Below, piece after piece: positions 1-8,646 of a DNA stretch of 64,000 nucleotides. Position numbers and translations under genes: made by a program. Within the stretch, counting starts at the first letter, position 1; each line of letters begins with the position of its first letter. A model generated the notes under the pieces. It did no database searches, was not told the DNA's origin, and saw nothing but the letters and a program-made list of their open reading frames with translations. The stretch lies in assembly GCA_046543095.1 (NCBI GenBank), contig JBKHAC010000001.1, forward strand, positions 56,858 to 120,857. Reading direction: 5' to 3'. The DNA comes from Candidatus Woesearchaeota archaeon. Its GTDB lineage: Archaea > Nanobdellota > Nanobdellia > Woesearchaeales > 21-14-0-10-32-9.

Positions 1-22
1 TGTATCGGAGCCGGTTTTTGGA

Positions 23-613
23 TTGAAAGATGAACTCATCAGTCATCTGGACATATGGACTTATGATAGATTAAATATTTTACGAGATGTTATTGAAAAC
101 GGGAAGTTAAGCAAGAAAAAATATTTTGAGGCAATTAATAGTGCGGATGTAAATATAGAACATGAGCAAGATTTAATCGTTCACACTCACCCTATGAGCA
201 TTAAACAAACTTATTTAAATGATATTTTAGCTGCTGAATTTAATTATTCCAAAAAAGACATTATTTTCTCTATGACGCGTCCTATTGGTTTATTAGAGTA
301 TGCAGTTCTCAATTCATCTAATGAATCTATTATTCTATCAACAAGATTGTCTGTTTGTCATTTAATGCATGCGCAAGATTTTTTAATTACTAATTATTTG
401 TTAAGACCTGATGGGACTTATATTTCGAAAGGAAATAATTTTTTTTATGAAGGTGCTGTTCCTAAGATTGGACATGTTAGTGAGAACATAGCTTGTGAAT
501 TTAAAAATTATGTTGGCACAACACAAACACATAAGCTAACTCGTTTAATAAATTATACAATTCGGCATTCATTTGAAAAAGTTAGAGGGCACTTCCCCAC
601 CCTAAAGGGTTAA
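23..613 (+). CDS. hypothetical protein, possibly 5'-partial; weak JAB/MPN-like HxH motif
   Basis: 196-aa ORF with a TTG start. The same frame stays open back to base 2, so the gene may begin upstream of the window. 'IVHTHPMSIKQTYLND' resembles the JAMM HxHx7Sx2D motif but has Tyr where Ser is expected. The last ~14 codons and the stop lie inside the 193-bp repeat (571-763). Confidence 0.4.
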   Translation: MKDELISHLDIWTYDRLNILRDVIENGKLSKKKYFEAINSADVNIEHEQDLIVHTHPMSIKQTYLNDILAAEFNYSKKDIIFSMTRPIGLLEYAVLNSSNESIILSTRLSVCHLMHAQDFLITNYLLRPDGTYISKGNNFFYEGAVPKIGHVSENIACEFKNYVGTTQTHKLTRLINYTIRHSFEKVRGHFPTLKG

Positions 614-763
614 CCTTCGGTTAACTTTTTAGCTAGCGCTAAAAAGCGAGGATTCTTCCGCTCTAACTTTAGCAAATTAGCGAGGGAAAACATCTGAAGC
701 CTAAAGGTGACATTTTTTTGCCCCGCGCAAAAAAATTGAGGATTTCTTCCGCTCGTAATTTAA
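571..763 (+). repeat. 193-bp hairpin-dense repeat, copy A (copy B at 56806-56998)
   Basis: Aligns end to end with 56806-56998 with about 13 differences. Contains perfect hairpins GTTAACC-ttc-GGTTAAC followed by TTTTT, CTTTTTAGC-tagc-GCTAAAAAG, and TTTTTTTGC-loop-GCAAAAAAA. Clearly GC-richer than its flanks. Confidence 0.85.
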
Positions 764-798
764 TATAGCGTCTGTACTTAGCTCAGTTAATGATTAGT

Positions 799-1761
799 TT
801 ATATTTTTGTTATTTTTGCAACAAAAAAGCCTTCACTATCATTGTCTTGTGGCGTTATTCTTAGGCATTTTTGTACCTCTTGTGCGTATTCTTCTTCTTT
901 GAATTTTGTTATTGGTTTTGATCTTTTTATATCAAGATGTATTTCTTCTAATTTCGCAGAAGGGTTTTCTTTGAGTAATTTTGATACTATTCCTTCGTTT
1001 TCTTGTGGTTCTAATGTACAGGTGCTATAGACTAATGTGCCTCCTTTTTTTAGTAGTTTAAATGCTTGTTTTATTAATTTTTGTTGTATTTTTGACATTC
1101 TATCAACAAGGTTCGGGCTCCACATTTCTGCTATTTTATAGCTTCGTCTTATGGTTCCTGTTCCTGAGCAAGGTGCGTCAAGAAGTATTTTGTCAAATTT
1201 TTCATCGCCTGCAAGTTTTTCTCCGTTCATTTTTGTAACTAGCACATTTGTTATTCCGCATCTTTGAAGGTTTATTCCGAGTGCGCTTAATCTTTTTCCT
1301 TGCGCATCATTTGCCATTATTATTCCTTCGTTTTTCATGTATTGAGCCATTTGTGTTGTTTTACTTCCGGGCGCTGCGCATACATCTAAGACTATATCTC
1401 CTGGTTTTGGATTTAACACCACTGGAGGTATCATTGATGCTGCGTCTTGGACATATATGTAGCCTAATTGGTGTTCTGGCAAGTTTCCTACGTCGTATCT
1501 TTCTTTATTTTTATAGTTTATCCAGAAACCTTCTGTGCACCAAGGCACTTGTTCTAGTTCCCAGTTTTGTTGCAGTTTATTTTTTATATCATTTGTTGTT
1601 GTTTTTAAGGTGTTTATTCTTATTGACTTACGTATGTATTTAGACGAGTATTTTATAAAGTCTGCATAGTCTGCACCTAATAATTCTTTATATCTTTTTT
1701 TAAACTCTTCTTTCAGTTCAGGAAGATTTTTCATTTTGTCTTCATTATTGTTTTTTTCCAT
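799..1761 (-). CDS. NOL1/NOP2/Sun-family RNA (cytosine-C5)-methyltransferase
   Basis: 320 aa. SAM-binding motif 'VLDVCAAPGSKTTQMA'. Catalytic Cys motifs 'DAPCSGTGTIRR' and 'LVYSTCTLEPQENE' are typical of the RsmB/Trm4/NSUN family. TAA stop. Confidence 0.9.
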   Translation of the reverse strand: MEKNNNEDKMKNLPELKEEFKKRYKELLGADYADFIKYSSKYIRKSIRINTLKTTTNDIKNKLQQNWELEQVPWCTEGFWINYKNKERYDVGNLPEHQLGYIYVQDAASMIPPVVLNPKPGDIVLDVCAAPGSKTTQMAQYMKNEGIIMANDAQGKRLSALGINLQRCGITNVLVTKMNGEKLAGDEKFDKILLDAPCSGTGTIRRSYKIAEMWSPNLVDRMSKIQQKLIKQAFKLLKKGGTLVYSTCTLEPQENEGIVSKLLKENPSAKLEEIHLDIKRSKPITKFKEEEYAQEVQKCLRITPQDNDSEGFFVAKITKI

Positions 1762-1859
1762 GTTAAGTTATGTTTAGAAAAGTGTTTCTTTTTAAAAATG
1801 TTGCATTAAGTACTTGTTGATGATTATCTATACAATCCATTAAGTTAGTTGTTTTTGTA

Positions 1860-3056
1860 TCATACTTTTATATTTATGAGTTTTTCTGAGAATTTGTTTA
1901 CAATTGTGGCAAGTAGTAAGGAATATATTATAATTGCCAGTAGTAAATTATTTATTATGTCTATTTGGGGATTTTCAAGTAAGGATAATGCAACTATTAG
2001 TACCGCGACGGCAATTCCTTTAGGCATTGTTAGTGTCATGTATATTTTTTCTTTTATATTGTATTTTTCATTGGGTAGCATTAAAGTTGATAGGAATCTT
2101 GTTATTATTAAGGTCAAGAATACTAGTAGTGAATATAATATGAATGTTAAATTTATATTTATTTGTATTATGAATCCTATTATTATGAATACTAGTATTT
2201 CTAGTGAGTTTGATAGCATTTCGTTGAATTCTTGTAGTATTTCTTTTTTTGATATGTAAAATGCGCCGAACATAAATCCTAGTACTGCTACGGCGAGGAC
2301 TCCGTTTCCACCTAGGTTTTCTGCTAGTATGAATGCTAGTAGTGCTGAGCATATTAGGGATAGACCTGATGTTTGCTCTGAGAATTTTTTCATTCCTTTA
2401 AAGAATATTAGTCCTACAACTATCCCTGCGCCTATTCCTACGAGTATTTGTGTGAGTATTGCTGATAGGTGCGCCTCTAATGATATTGCGCTTTGGCTTA
2501 GGAGTTGATTTAGTATATCTAGTAAGATAAATGGTAGTAGCACTATTAGAGGTGTGTTAATTATTCCCTCTATTTTTAAGAATTCTAGTACTTTATTTGA
2601 TTTGTTGTGTAGCATTATAAATACTGATGCAGGGTCTGTTCCTGATATTATTGCAGCAAATACTAGTGAGTAAAATAGGCTTGCAAGTGTTAAGTCAAAG
2701 AATAAGAATATTGTTATTGTTGTTATGAATATTAGGTTTAATGTTAAGAATATTCCTGAGAGTTTTAGTGCTGAGAATGATAATGTATCTAGTGATTTTA
2801 ATTTAAATCTTGATGCGCCGTCAAATACTACTAGTACTAGTGTGAGTACGGCTATGGTGAGTATTGCTTCTGTTGATATATTGAATAGTGTGTAATTTGA
2901 GAAAATACTTCCTAGAATTAGGCCTGTTAATATTAACAATAATATGTTGGATATTTTAAATTTTCTTGAGATACCTGTTATAATTAGACCTATAATTATT
3001 ATTATTACTATCGCTGTAAGTATTCCTAGCGCCGAGCCTCCTTCTGTTCCAAGCAA
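1860..3056 (-). CDS. cation:proton antiporter (CPA1 / NhaP-type Na+/H+ exchanger)
   Basis: 398 aa, polytopic. 'AAIISGTDPASVFIML' matches the conserved TDP region of Na+/H+ exchangers. TTG start, TGA stop. Confidence 0.8.
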   Translation of the reverse strand: MLGTEGGSALGILTAIVIIIIIGLIITGISRKFKISNILLLILTGLILGSIFSNYTLFNISTEAILTIAVLTLVLVVFDGASRFKLKSLDTLSFSALKLSGIFLTLNLIFITTITIFLFFDLTLASLFYSLVFAAIISGTDPASVFIMLHNKSNKVLEFLKIEGIINTPLIVLLPFILLDILNQLLSQSAISLEAHLSAILTQILVGIGAGIVVGLIFFKGMKKFSEQTSGLSLICSALLAFILAENLGGNGVLAVAVLGFMFGAFYISKKEILQEFNEMLSNSLEILVFIIIGFIIQININLTFILYSLLVFLTLIITRFLSTLMLPNEKYNIKEKIYMTLTMPKGIAVAVLIVALSLLENPQIDIINNLLLAIIIYSLLLATIVNKFSEKLINIKV

Positions 3057-3116
3057 GAATTAACACCTCTTATGTTTTTCCCATTGTATTAGTTTATATT
3101 GGTATATTGTTAACTT

Positions 3117-3232
3117 ATCTTTATATTATTTTTATATTATTTTTATATTATTTTAATTTATTTTAATTTATTTTTATATTATTTTAATTTATTTTTATAT
3201 TATTTTAATTTATTTTTATATTATTAATTTTT
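3117..3232. repeat. AT-only tandem repeat (about 21-bp unit built from TTATATTATTT + TAATTTATTT)
   Basis: Read directly. The units occur in the order A A A B B A B A B A in the intergenic space upstream of the antiporter gene. Confidence 0.7.
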
Positions 3233-3355
3233 AATATATTTGTTTGAATTGCTTTCTTTTAATAGTTTCTAATTTTTTTAGTTATTAGTTTTTTAAATAT
3301 TAATTTTTAAAAAATAAAAAAAATTATTTTTTTGGTTTTAATTAAATTTTTTATT

Positions 3356-4507
3356 TTATTTATTGTAAACAACTATGTTCAAGAATACAGGTGTGCCGTC
3401 TTGAAGTATTTTGTTATAGCTTCGCGTGAGGAGTCTTGACACATTATTATCTTCGCCTACGCTAAACTGAGAGTATATTTGTGATATTGGATAATTATTA
3501 CAACAAGTAACTCCAGTCACATTTATAATACCATCAGCAGTTGTTGTTTCTAATTCTTGAAAAAATCCAAGTGGACGTGCATCGCATGCATCCATCAATA
3601 TATTTGCAGTATCTACGTCCGAACTAAATTCACATCCATTATGTCCATCGCATTCTCTTGAACACATTCTCTCACCGTATTGTGCTGATGGTAATGTGCA
3701 GTCTGATTGGCATTCTGCTCGTGTCATTGGGCAATCTATTATGTTTTTTCCTGGTCTGAGTGTTACTTCTCTGTATACGGGGTCAAATGTCGCAGCTGAG
3801 CATACAAATCTTATTTTTCCTGAGTATGCATTTGTTAAATTGTATAACCCGTTAGAGCCTGAACTAGTATTTTTTATGAAGCTTGTATTTCCTTCGAGGA
3901 ACTCATTTTGGGGATATATCATTATAGTTGCATTTTCAATTGGTTGCTGAAGTCCTGAATCAGATGTTACATATGCTGCACCGATTAGTTCGGTTTGGCA
4001 GTCAACATCTACGCATTCATCGCATGAAGGTCTTTGTACGATATTTTCACATATTGCTCTAACATAATCAGTTTGACCAGTCATATTTGTTCCGTCATTA
4101 ATACCACTATTGATTACCCACTCACCATCATAATTTGATTTTGTTTGTGCTTCTTTGAATGTTCCACCAAAGTATTTACAGGCATCACTTCCATTCACAT
4201 ATATTATTTCATGATTAACATCTGTTGTTAATCTATTAGTTGTTCCCACTCTAAGTTCAACTTCGAAATCATCACTACTTCCATCTCCCTCAGAATACCA
4301 TGCAGGGCACACCCCATCTATTTCCCCACATTCATAGCAGGTGCTACAAAGTTCTACTGCGCCATACCCAGGTGTAGTTATGTCTTGACCACAAGGACCA
4401 TTACCTGTGCATTGTGCGCTAGTTAAATTTAGATTCATAAGTATTAACATAAAAACTGTTAAAATTAATAATGTTATTGTATTATTTTTGTTCTTCATAA
4501 ATATCAC
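3356..4507 (-). CDS. secreted cysteine-rich protein, unknown family
   Basis: 383 aa. Sec-like signal '..LILMNLNLTSA/QCTG', more than 25 Cys, many N-x-S/T sequons. Lies downstream of the pilin block. Confidence 0.6.
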   Translation of the reverse strand: MIFMKNKNNTITLLILTVFMLILMNLNLTSAQCTGNGPCGQDITTPGYGAVELCSTCYECGEIDGVCPAWYSEGDGSSDDFEVELRVGTTNRLTTDVNHEIIYVNGSDACKYFGGTFKEAQTKSNYDGEWVINSGINDGTNMTGQTDYVRAICENIVQRPSCDECVDVDCQTELIGAAYVTSDSGLQQPIENATIMIYPQNEFLEGNTSFIKNTSSGSNGLYNLTNAYSGKIRFVCSAATFDPVYREVTLRPGKNIIDCPMTRAECQSDCTLPSAQYGERMCSRECDGHNGCEFSSDVDTANILMDACDARPLGFFQELETTTADGIINVTGVTCCNNYPISQIYSQFSVGEDNNVSRLLTRSYNKILQDGTPVFLNIVVYNK

Positions 4508-4542
4508 ATCTTTTTTCTTTTATTTAAACTTTTTTATTTATC

Positions 4543-4707
4543 GGCCTCATAAAATCCTTTTCAAACCAATAAAATCTTAATGATGCTATGCTCCGTTTTC
4601 ATATTATTTAGCCATTTGAAACGAGTCTCACACACCACAGATGTTTGATATATGACTTAGGCAAGATAGCATCATTATTAAAAGTTTAATAGGATTTCTA
4701 TAAGGCC
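4543..4707 (+). mobile_element. MITE family A, copy 1 (165 bp)
   Basis: Terminal inverted repeats GGCCTCATAAAATCC...GGATTTCTATAAGGCC. Flanking 8-bp direct repeats TATTTATC / TATTTGTC. No ORF. Homologous to 28357-28521 and 46880-47044. Confidence 0.85.
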
Positions 4708-4766
4708 TATTTGTCTTTTTTAGGACTAGTTAAAATTATTTTTTTAATTTGTTTAAGTTGTTCATT

Positions 4767-5687
4767 TTAATCGCATAACACTCCGTAGGTATTATTATAA
4801 TGTTGTGCAAGTAAGTATCCTTCTGTCGTATTGCAATCAGCATTTGAATTGTGTGAATTATAGTTGAAGTATATTGAGTCGATTATTGGTTTTCCTGTTG
4901 GTGGTGTAAGTGTGTTTGTTAAGTCTGTTAGTGATTCTATTCCGACCCCTGTATAATTTGATGGAGTAAAATTATCTGGGTTTTGGAATCGTTGGAGGAA
5001 ACTTGGTGATTTGTTGCTTGCAGTGTAGTATTCTTGGTTTATTATTTCGGATAAATTATCTAAATCTACGTCATTTGGTTTTCTTGTTATTTTTCTCTGT
5101 CCTTGCGTATTTATTGAGTACAGAGGGTCATAAAAGTCAGTTATGCTAATGTCTATTTTTGTGTTTATTGTTTTGTTCCATGTGCTTTTTGTAAAGCCGT
5201 CTTCGATGAGTATTGTTGTATTATAATGTGCTGTAATGTACCAAGGCGATGTTTGTGTTAATTTTGCATGACTTTCTTGAAACTCTGCGTTAAGTGACAT
5301 ATCAGTTAGTAATCTTTCTGTGTTATTTTGCCAATTTATAATTGAGTGATTTTCCATTAGTGGTTTTTTTTCTTGTGAAATAGATGCGTTTAGTATTAGT
5401 TCTTGCATCAGTTTATCAAAGTTCCCCCTATCAATATAGTTATTAGTTGCTGACATATTATCGTTGAGTGTGAGTATTGATCTAAACGTTGCAATTTTAA
5501 GTCCTGTTGCTGAGTCTTGTTCTATTAAGTTTATTATTCTATTTACTTCTTGTAGTCTTTGTTCTGTTATTTGTGCTTGTTTTGTATATCCTGGTTCTTT
5601 TTGTGCTGTAAAATAAACATAAATTAAAATTAAGAGTATTAGGACTGTGAGGCTGAAGTAGTATCCTTTTTTACCATTTATCGCCAT
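4767..5687 (-). CDS. pilin-like protein with class III signal peptide
   Basis: The ORF track starts at a GTG (5717). An ATG at 5687 is preceded by a GGTGA Shine-Dalgarno and gives 'MAINGKKG/YYFSLTVLILLILIYVYF', a basic stretch then G then a hydrophobic helix. It sits 4 nt after the stop of the upstream pilin gene. Confidence 0.6.
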   Translation of the reverse strand: MAINGKKGYYFSLTVLILLILIYVYFTAQKEPGYTKQAQITEQRLQEVNRIINLIEQDSATGLKIATFRSILTLNDNMSATNNYIDRGNFDKLMQELILNASISQEKKPLMENHSIINWQNNTERLLTDMSLNAEFQESHAKLTQTSPWYITAHYNTTILIEDGFTKSTWNKTINTKIDISITDFYDPLYSINTQGQRKITRKPNDVDLDNLSEIINQEYYTASNKSPSFLQRFQNPDNFTPSNYTGVGIESLTDLTNTLTPPTGKPIIDSIYFNYNSHNSNADCNTTEGYLLAQHYNNTYGVLCD

Positions 5688-8539
5688 ATCATCACCCCGA
5701 GCATTGCAGGTCCCCACATGTAAGGTATATCATCTATTGAGGCAGTCTTTATCTCAAAGTCTGAGTTTTCAAGATCTATTAATAATTCACCATTATGCGT
5801 AAGACTGTCTATTATTTGATATCCAAGTACTTGTAGCGCATCATCAGCATTATAATGAGTCAAATTACAAATATCATCTCCATTATAATCTGAGGGTATA
5901 TTTATTGCATTCACAGTGTCATCGTAAGTGTAATTCCATTTGCATCCTTGTGCTTTTTCTTTTATTTCAGGTGATGAGAATATTGCTGGCAGATACACAT
6001 CATATATTAATTTATTATTTGAGTTGCAATTTGATTCCTGATCAGTTTCGCCGTCGTTTAATTTCAAGCTTATTTTATTTGTGCCTTTGAGAATTTTTCC
6101 AAATGGTATGCCTATAAAGAAGGGATCGCCTATTAATTTAAAAGATAAGTTATATTGACTCATATTGAATATTGTTGAGTCGTTAATTTTTGCAAGTCTC
6201 GTCCATATTTTATCTGAGTAGCTAGTTATAATTCCTGCACCTACTACTGTATTTTCTCCAAGATTAATATTTATATTTTGCTCGCAAGCATCATTTAATG
6301 TTTTCTCTTTTGTTATTTTTATTTTTCCTATTTGTGGTTCTTGGCTAGGTTTGTATGTGTATTCTAGGTATGAATCATATAATTTTGTATCTAGTTCATC
6401 GAAATAGTCAGTAGTTACATTTACTAATTGGGAAACATAAGTTGCGCTTATTATTGTTTGTGATATATTTTGGTATATGGTTGCTAATTCGTTTGTATCT
6501 GTGCCATAAAAGAAATACTCTTCTCCTGATGCTAATTGTTTAAGTGAATTTTGTGCAACATTATTTAAGTTACCAAATCCTATTGAGTAAATTGTTATAT
6601 TCATCTCATCTTTTGAAAAATCACCCCAGCTTTCTAATGAGTCCCTACCTTGAGCCTGATTATCATCATCTTCCTCCTTATTAACTGGCCAAAAAGGTGG
6701 TGCTGGCTCAGAATAATTAGGTGATTCATTTTCGTATGCTCTATTTGCACCTCCATCGCTCATGAATACTATTACTTTTTGTCTGTCCTCATCAGCATCA
6801 TTATTAGAGTCGTTAATTAGGGAATATGTTGCTGCTGCTAGGCCGCATGCACTACAAGTCCGAATATATTTCGAATCTATTTTAATTGTTCCAATTGCCG
6901 CAGGATCTGAAGAAGTTATAGCTTCTGAATTTACTAAAGAATTAGTATTGTTTATAAAATTAAATAACGTATTTTTATCATTTGTTAAATTTAAATAATG
7001 AGTATATGTTTCGCCGTCAATTGTTTCGTTGTAAAATACTTGTGATGCGTAATTTACAAGCCCTATATTTATATTGTCATTTTCTGATAATTGTTCTACG
7101 AATTCGAAATTTAGGCATCTTGCAACATGTATCCTAAACGTTTTATCATCATAAGTATCGTTAAGTCCCCAACAGGTTTCACTGGTATTTATTTGGAAAT
7201 CTTCTCCGAAATCTTCATCTAGCACCATATCCAACCCATTATAAGATTTAGCACCCATGCTTCCTGATATGTCTGTTACGAGGATTACATCTGTTGGTTT
7301 TGTTGTTTCTATTAGTGCGCTTAAATCAGGGAATCCCATTCTATAAGGTATTGTTTGGTTTTCGTAGTTATTTTCTAAATTTATTGAATTGTTAATGTAG
7401 TATATTGGGCCAGATTCATTGCTTTTATATATTGTCTCGTTGCCTAGATTTATTATTAATTCAGGTGCGCTTATGTGTACGTCATCATCTTTATCAATAT
7501 TTTCTTTGTATGTTATATTTACATCATGGTTTAGTACTAGTTTTATGTTTTGTAATTCTCCTGGGACATATATTGAGTCGTATATGTTTATTATGCCGTC
7601 AACGCCAGGTATGTTTTTTCGTTTTGTAATAGTTGTTTGTGCGTTTGTTATTGGTGTTTGGTCTATTTCGTATTCTGCTTGTATTATGCCTCCACTTACA
7701 TATTTATTTTGAAGATCGGAGCCTGTAAAATTTATGGTTATGTTGTTTTCGCCTTTTGTAAGGTTAGATTTGCAGTTAGAGTTTAATTCTTTTTGTACAA
7801 AGTCTGTCACTTCAATATTATCGCAAATGCCTTTTTCATTTAGTTCTACTGTGAAGTTATCTCTGAATAGTCCTTCTATTGTAAAGTTTGTTATATCTCC
7901 CGCGTTTTGTGGTATTTCTAATTTAAATTCTAGTATTCCTTGTCCTATGAATCCTCCTATGAATTCGTAGGTTGCATCTTTTGTCTTTACTTCCTTTAAG
8001 TTGGCCGTTGCTATATATCCAGTTATGGGTTTTCCGACTTCAAGTCCTGTTAGAAGGGTTCTTGATTGGGTTGCAAGTGTTGTTTTTTCATCATCGCTTA
8101 TATTTATTATTTCTTTTGTCTCTGTGCCTGAGAATATTGTTACTTCGTATTTGTATCTTCTAGGTATTAAGTCGTCTAGAACTAGTTGAGTTATGTTTTT
8201 TGCTAATTCGACGAGTTTATTTTTGTTGTCAGTATTTGTTGTTTCGTTTTCCTTTACATATATTTTTGTGAGCATAGTTGTTATTGTATCATCTAAGTTT
8301 AAATCCACATCTAAATTTGTTGCATTTCCTTGTATATTATTTTTTAAAGTTGTATTAAAGTCTTGTAGTTTCATTGTTGTTAGTAGTTGTACTGCGTCAT
8401 GTGATAATCTGTCTGATTGTATGTCTTCTTTTGTATTTATGAATGGTGCTGTTACCACTGCGAGTCCTAGTGCTAGTATTAGTATTGCGAGGAAGAAGTC
8501 TATTTCTACGAATTGTGCTTTTTTATTTTTTTTTGTCAT
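5678..8539 (-). CDS. giant pilin-like protein with von Willebrand factor A domain (candidate tip adhesin)
   Basis: 953 aa. N-terminus 'MTKKNKKAQ/FVEIDFFLAILILALGLAVV' is a class III signal. vWA MIDAS motif 'DVILVTDISGSMG' and downstream 'VIVFMSDGGAN'. Many N-glycosylation sequons. Confidence 0.8.
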   Translation of the reverse strand: MTKKNKKAQFVEIDFFLAILILALGLAVVTAPFINTKEDIQSDRLSHDAVQLLTTMKLQDFNTTLKNNIQGNATNLDVDLNLDDTITTMLTKIYVKENETTNTDNKNKLVELAKNITQLVLDDLIPRRYKYEVTIFSGTETKEIINISDDEKTTLATQSRTLLTGLEVGKPITGYIATANLKEVKTKDATYEFIGGFIGQGILEFKLEIPQNAGDITNFTIEGLFRDNFTVELNEKGICDNIEVTDFVQKELNSNCKSNLTKGENNITINFTGSDLQNKYVSGGIIQAEYEIDQTPITNAQTTITKRKNIPGVDGIINIYDSIYVPGELQNIKLVLNHDVNITYKENIDKDDDVHISAPELIINLGNETIYKSNESGPIYYINNSINLENNYENQTIPYRMGFPDLSALIETTKPTDVILVTDISGSMGAKSYNGLDMVLDEDFGEDFQINTSETCWGLNDTYDDKTFRIHVARCLNFEFVEQLSENDNINIGLVNYASQVFYNETIDGETYTHYLNLTNDKNTLFNFINNTNSLVNSEAITSSDPAAIGTIKIDSKYIRTCSACGLAAATYSLINDSNNDADEDRQKVIVFMSDGGANRAYENESPNYSEPAPPFWPVNKEEDDDNQAQGRDSLESWGDFSKDEMNITIYSIGFGNLNNVAQNSLKQLASGEEYFFYGTDTNELATIYQNISQTIISATYVSQLVNVTTDYFDELDTKLYDSYLEYTYKPSQEPQIGKIKITKEKTLNDACEQNININLGENTVVGAGIITSYSDKIWTRLAKINDSTIFNMSQYNLSFKLIGDPFFIGIPFGKILKGTNKISLKLNDGETDQESNCNSNNKLIYDVYLPAIFSSPEIKEKAQGCKWNYTYDDTVNAINIPSDYNGDDICNLTHYNADDALQVLGYQIIDSLTHNGELLIDLENSDFEIKTASIDDIPYMWGPAMLGVMIWR

Positions 8540-8646
8540 TTTTTAAAGTTTTGTTATTATTTTTTTTAAGTGTTGTTTATTTTATTCTATTCTTTTTTTT
8601 TAATTTTTCAATTTTGAGTTTTTATATTTGTTTTTTTATTTATTAA

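Noticed and set aside
3117-3232. A CRISPR array, checked here and in the other tandem repeats at 32511-32546 and 34588-34621.
   Set aside because: The repeats are directly adjacent with no unique spacers, the units are 10-21 nt, and no cas genes are present. No CRISPR-like repeat-spacer periodicity was seen anywhere in the window.
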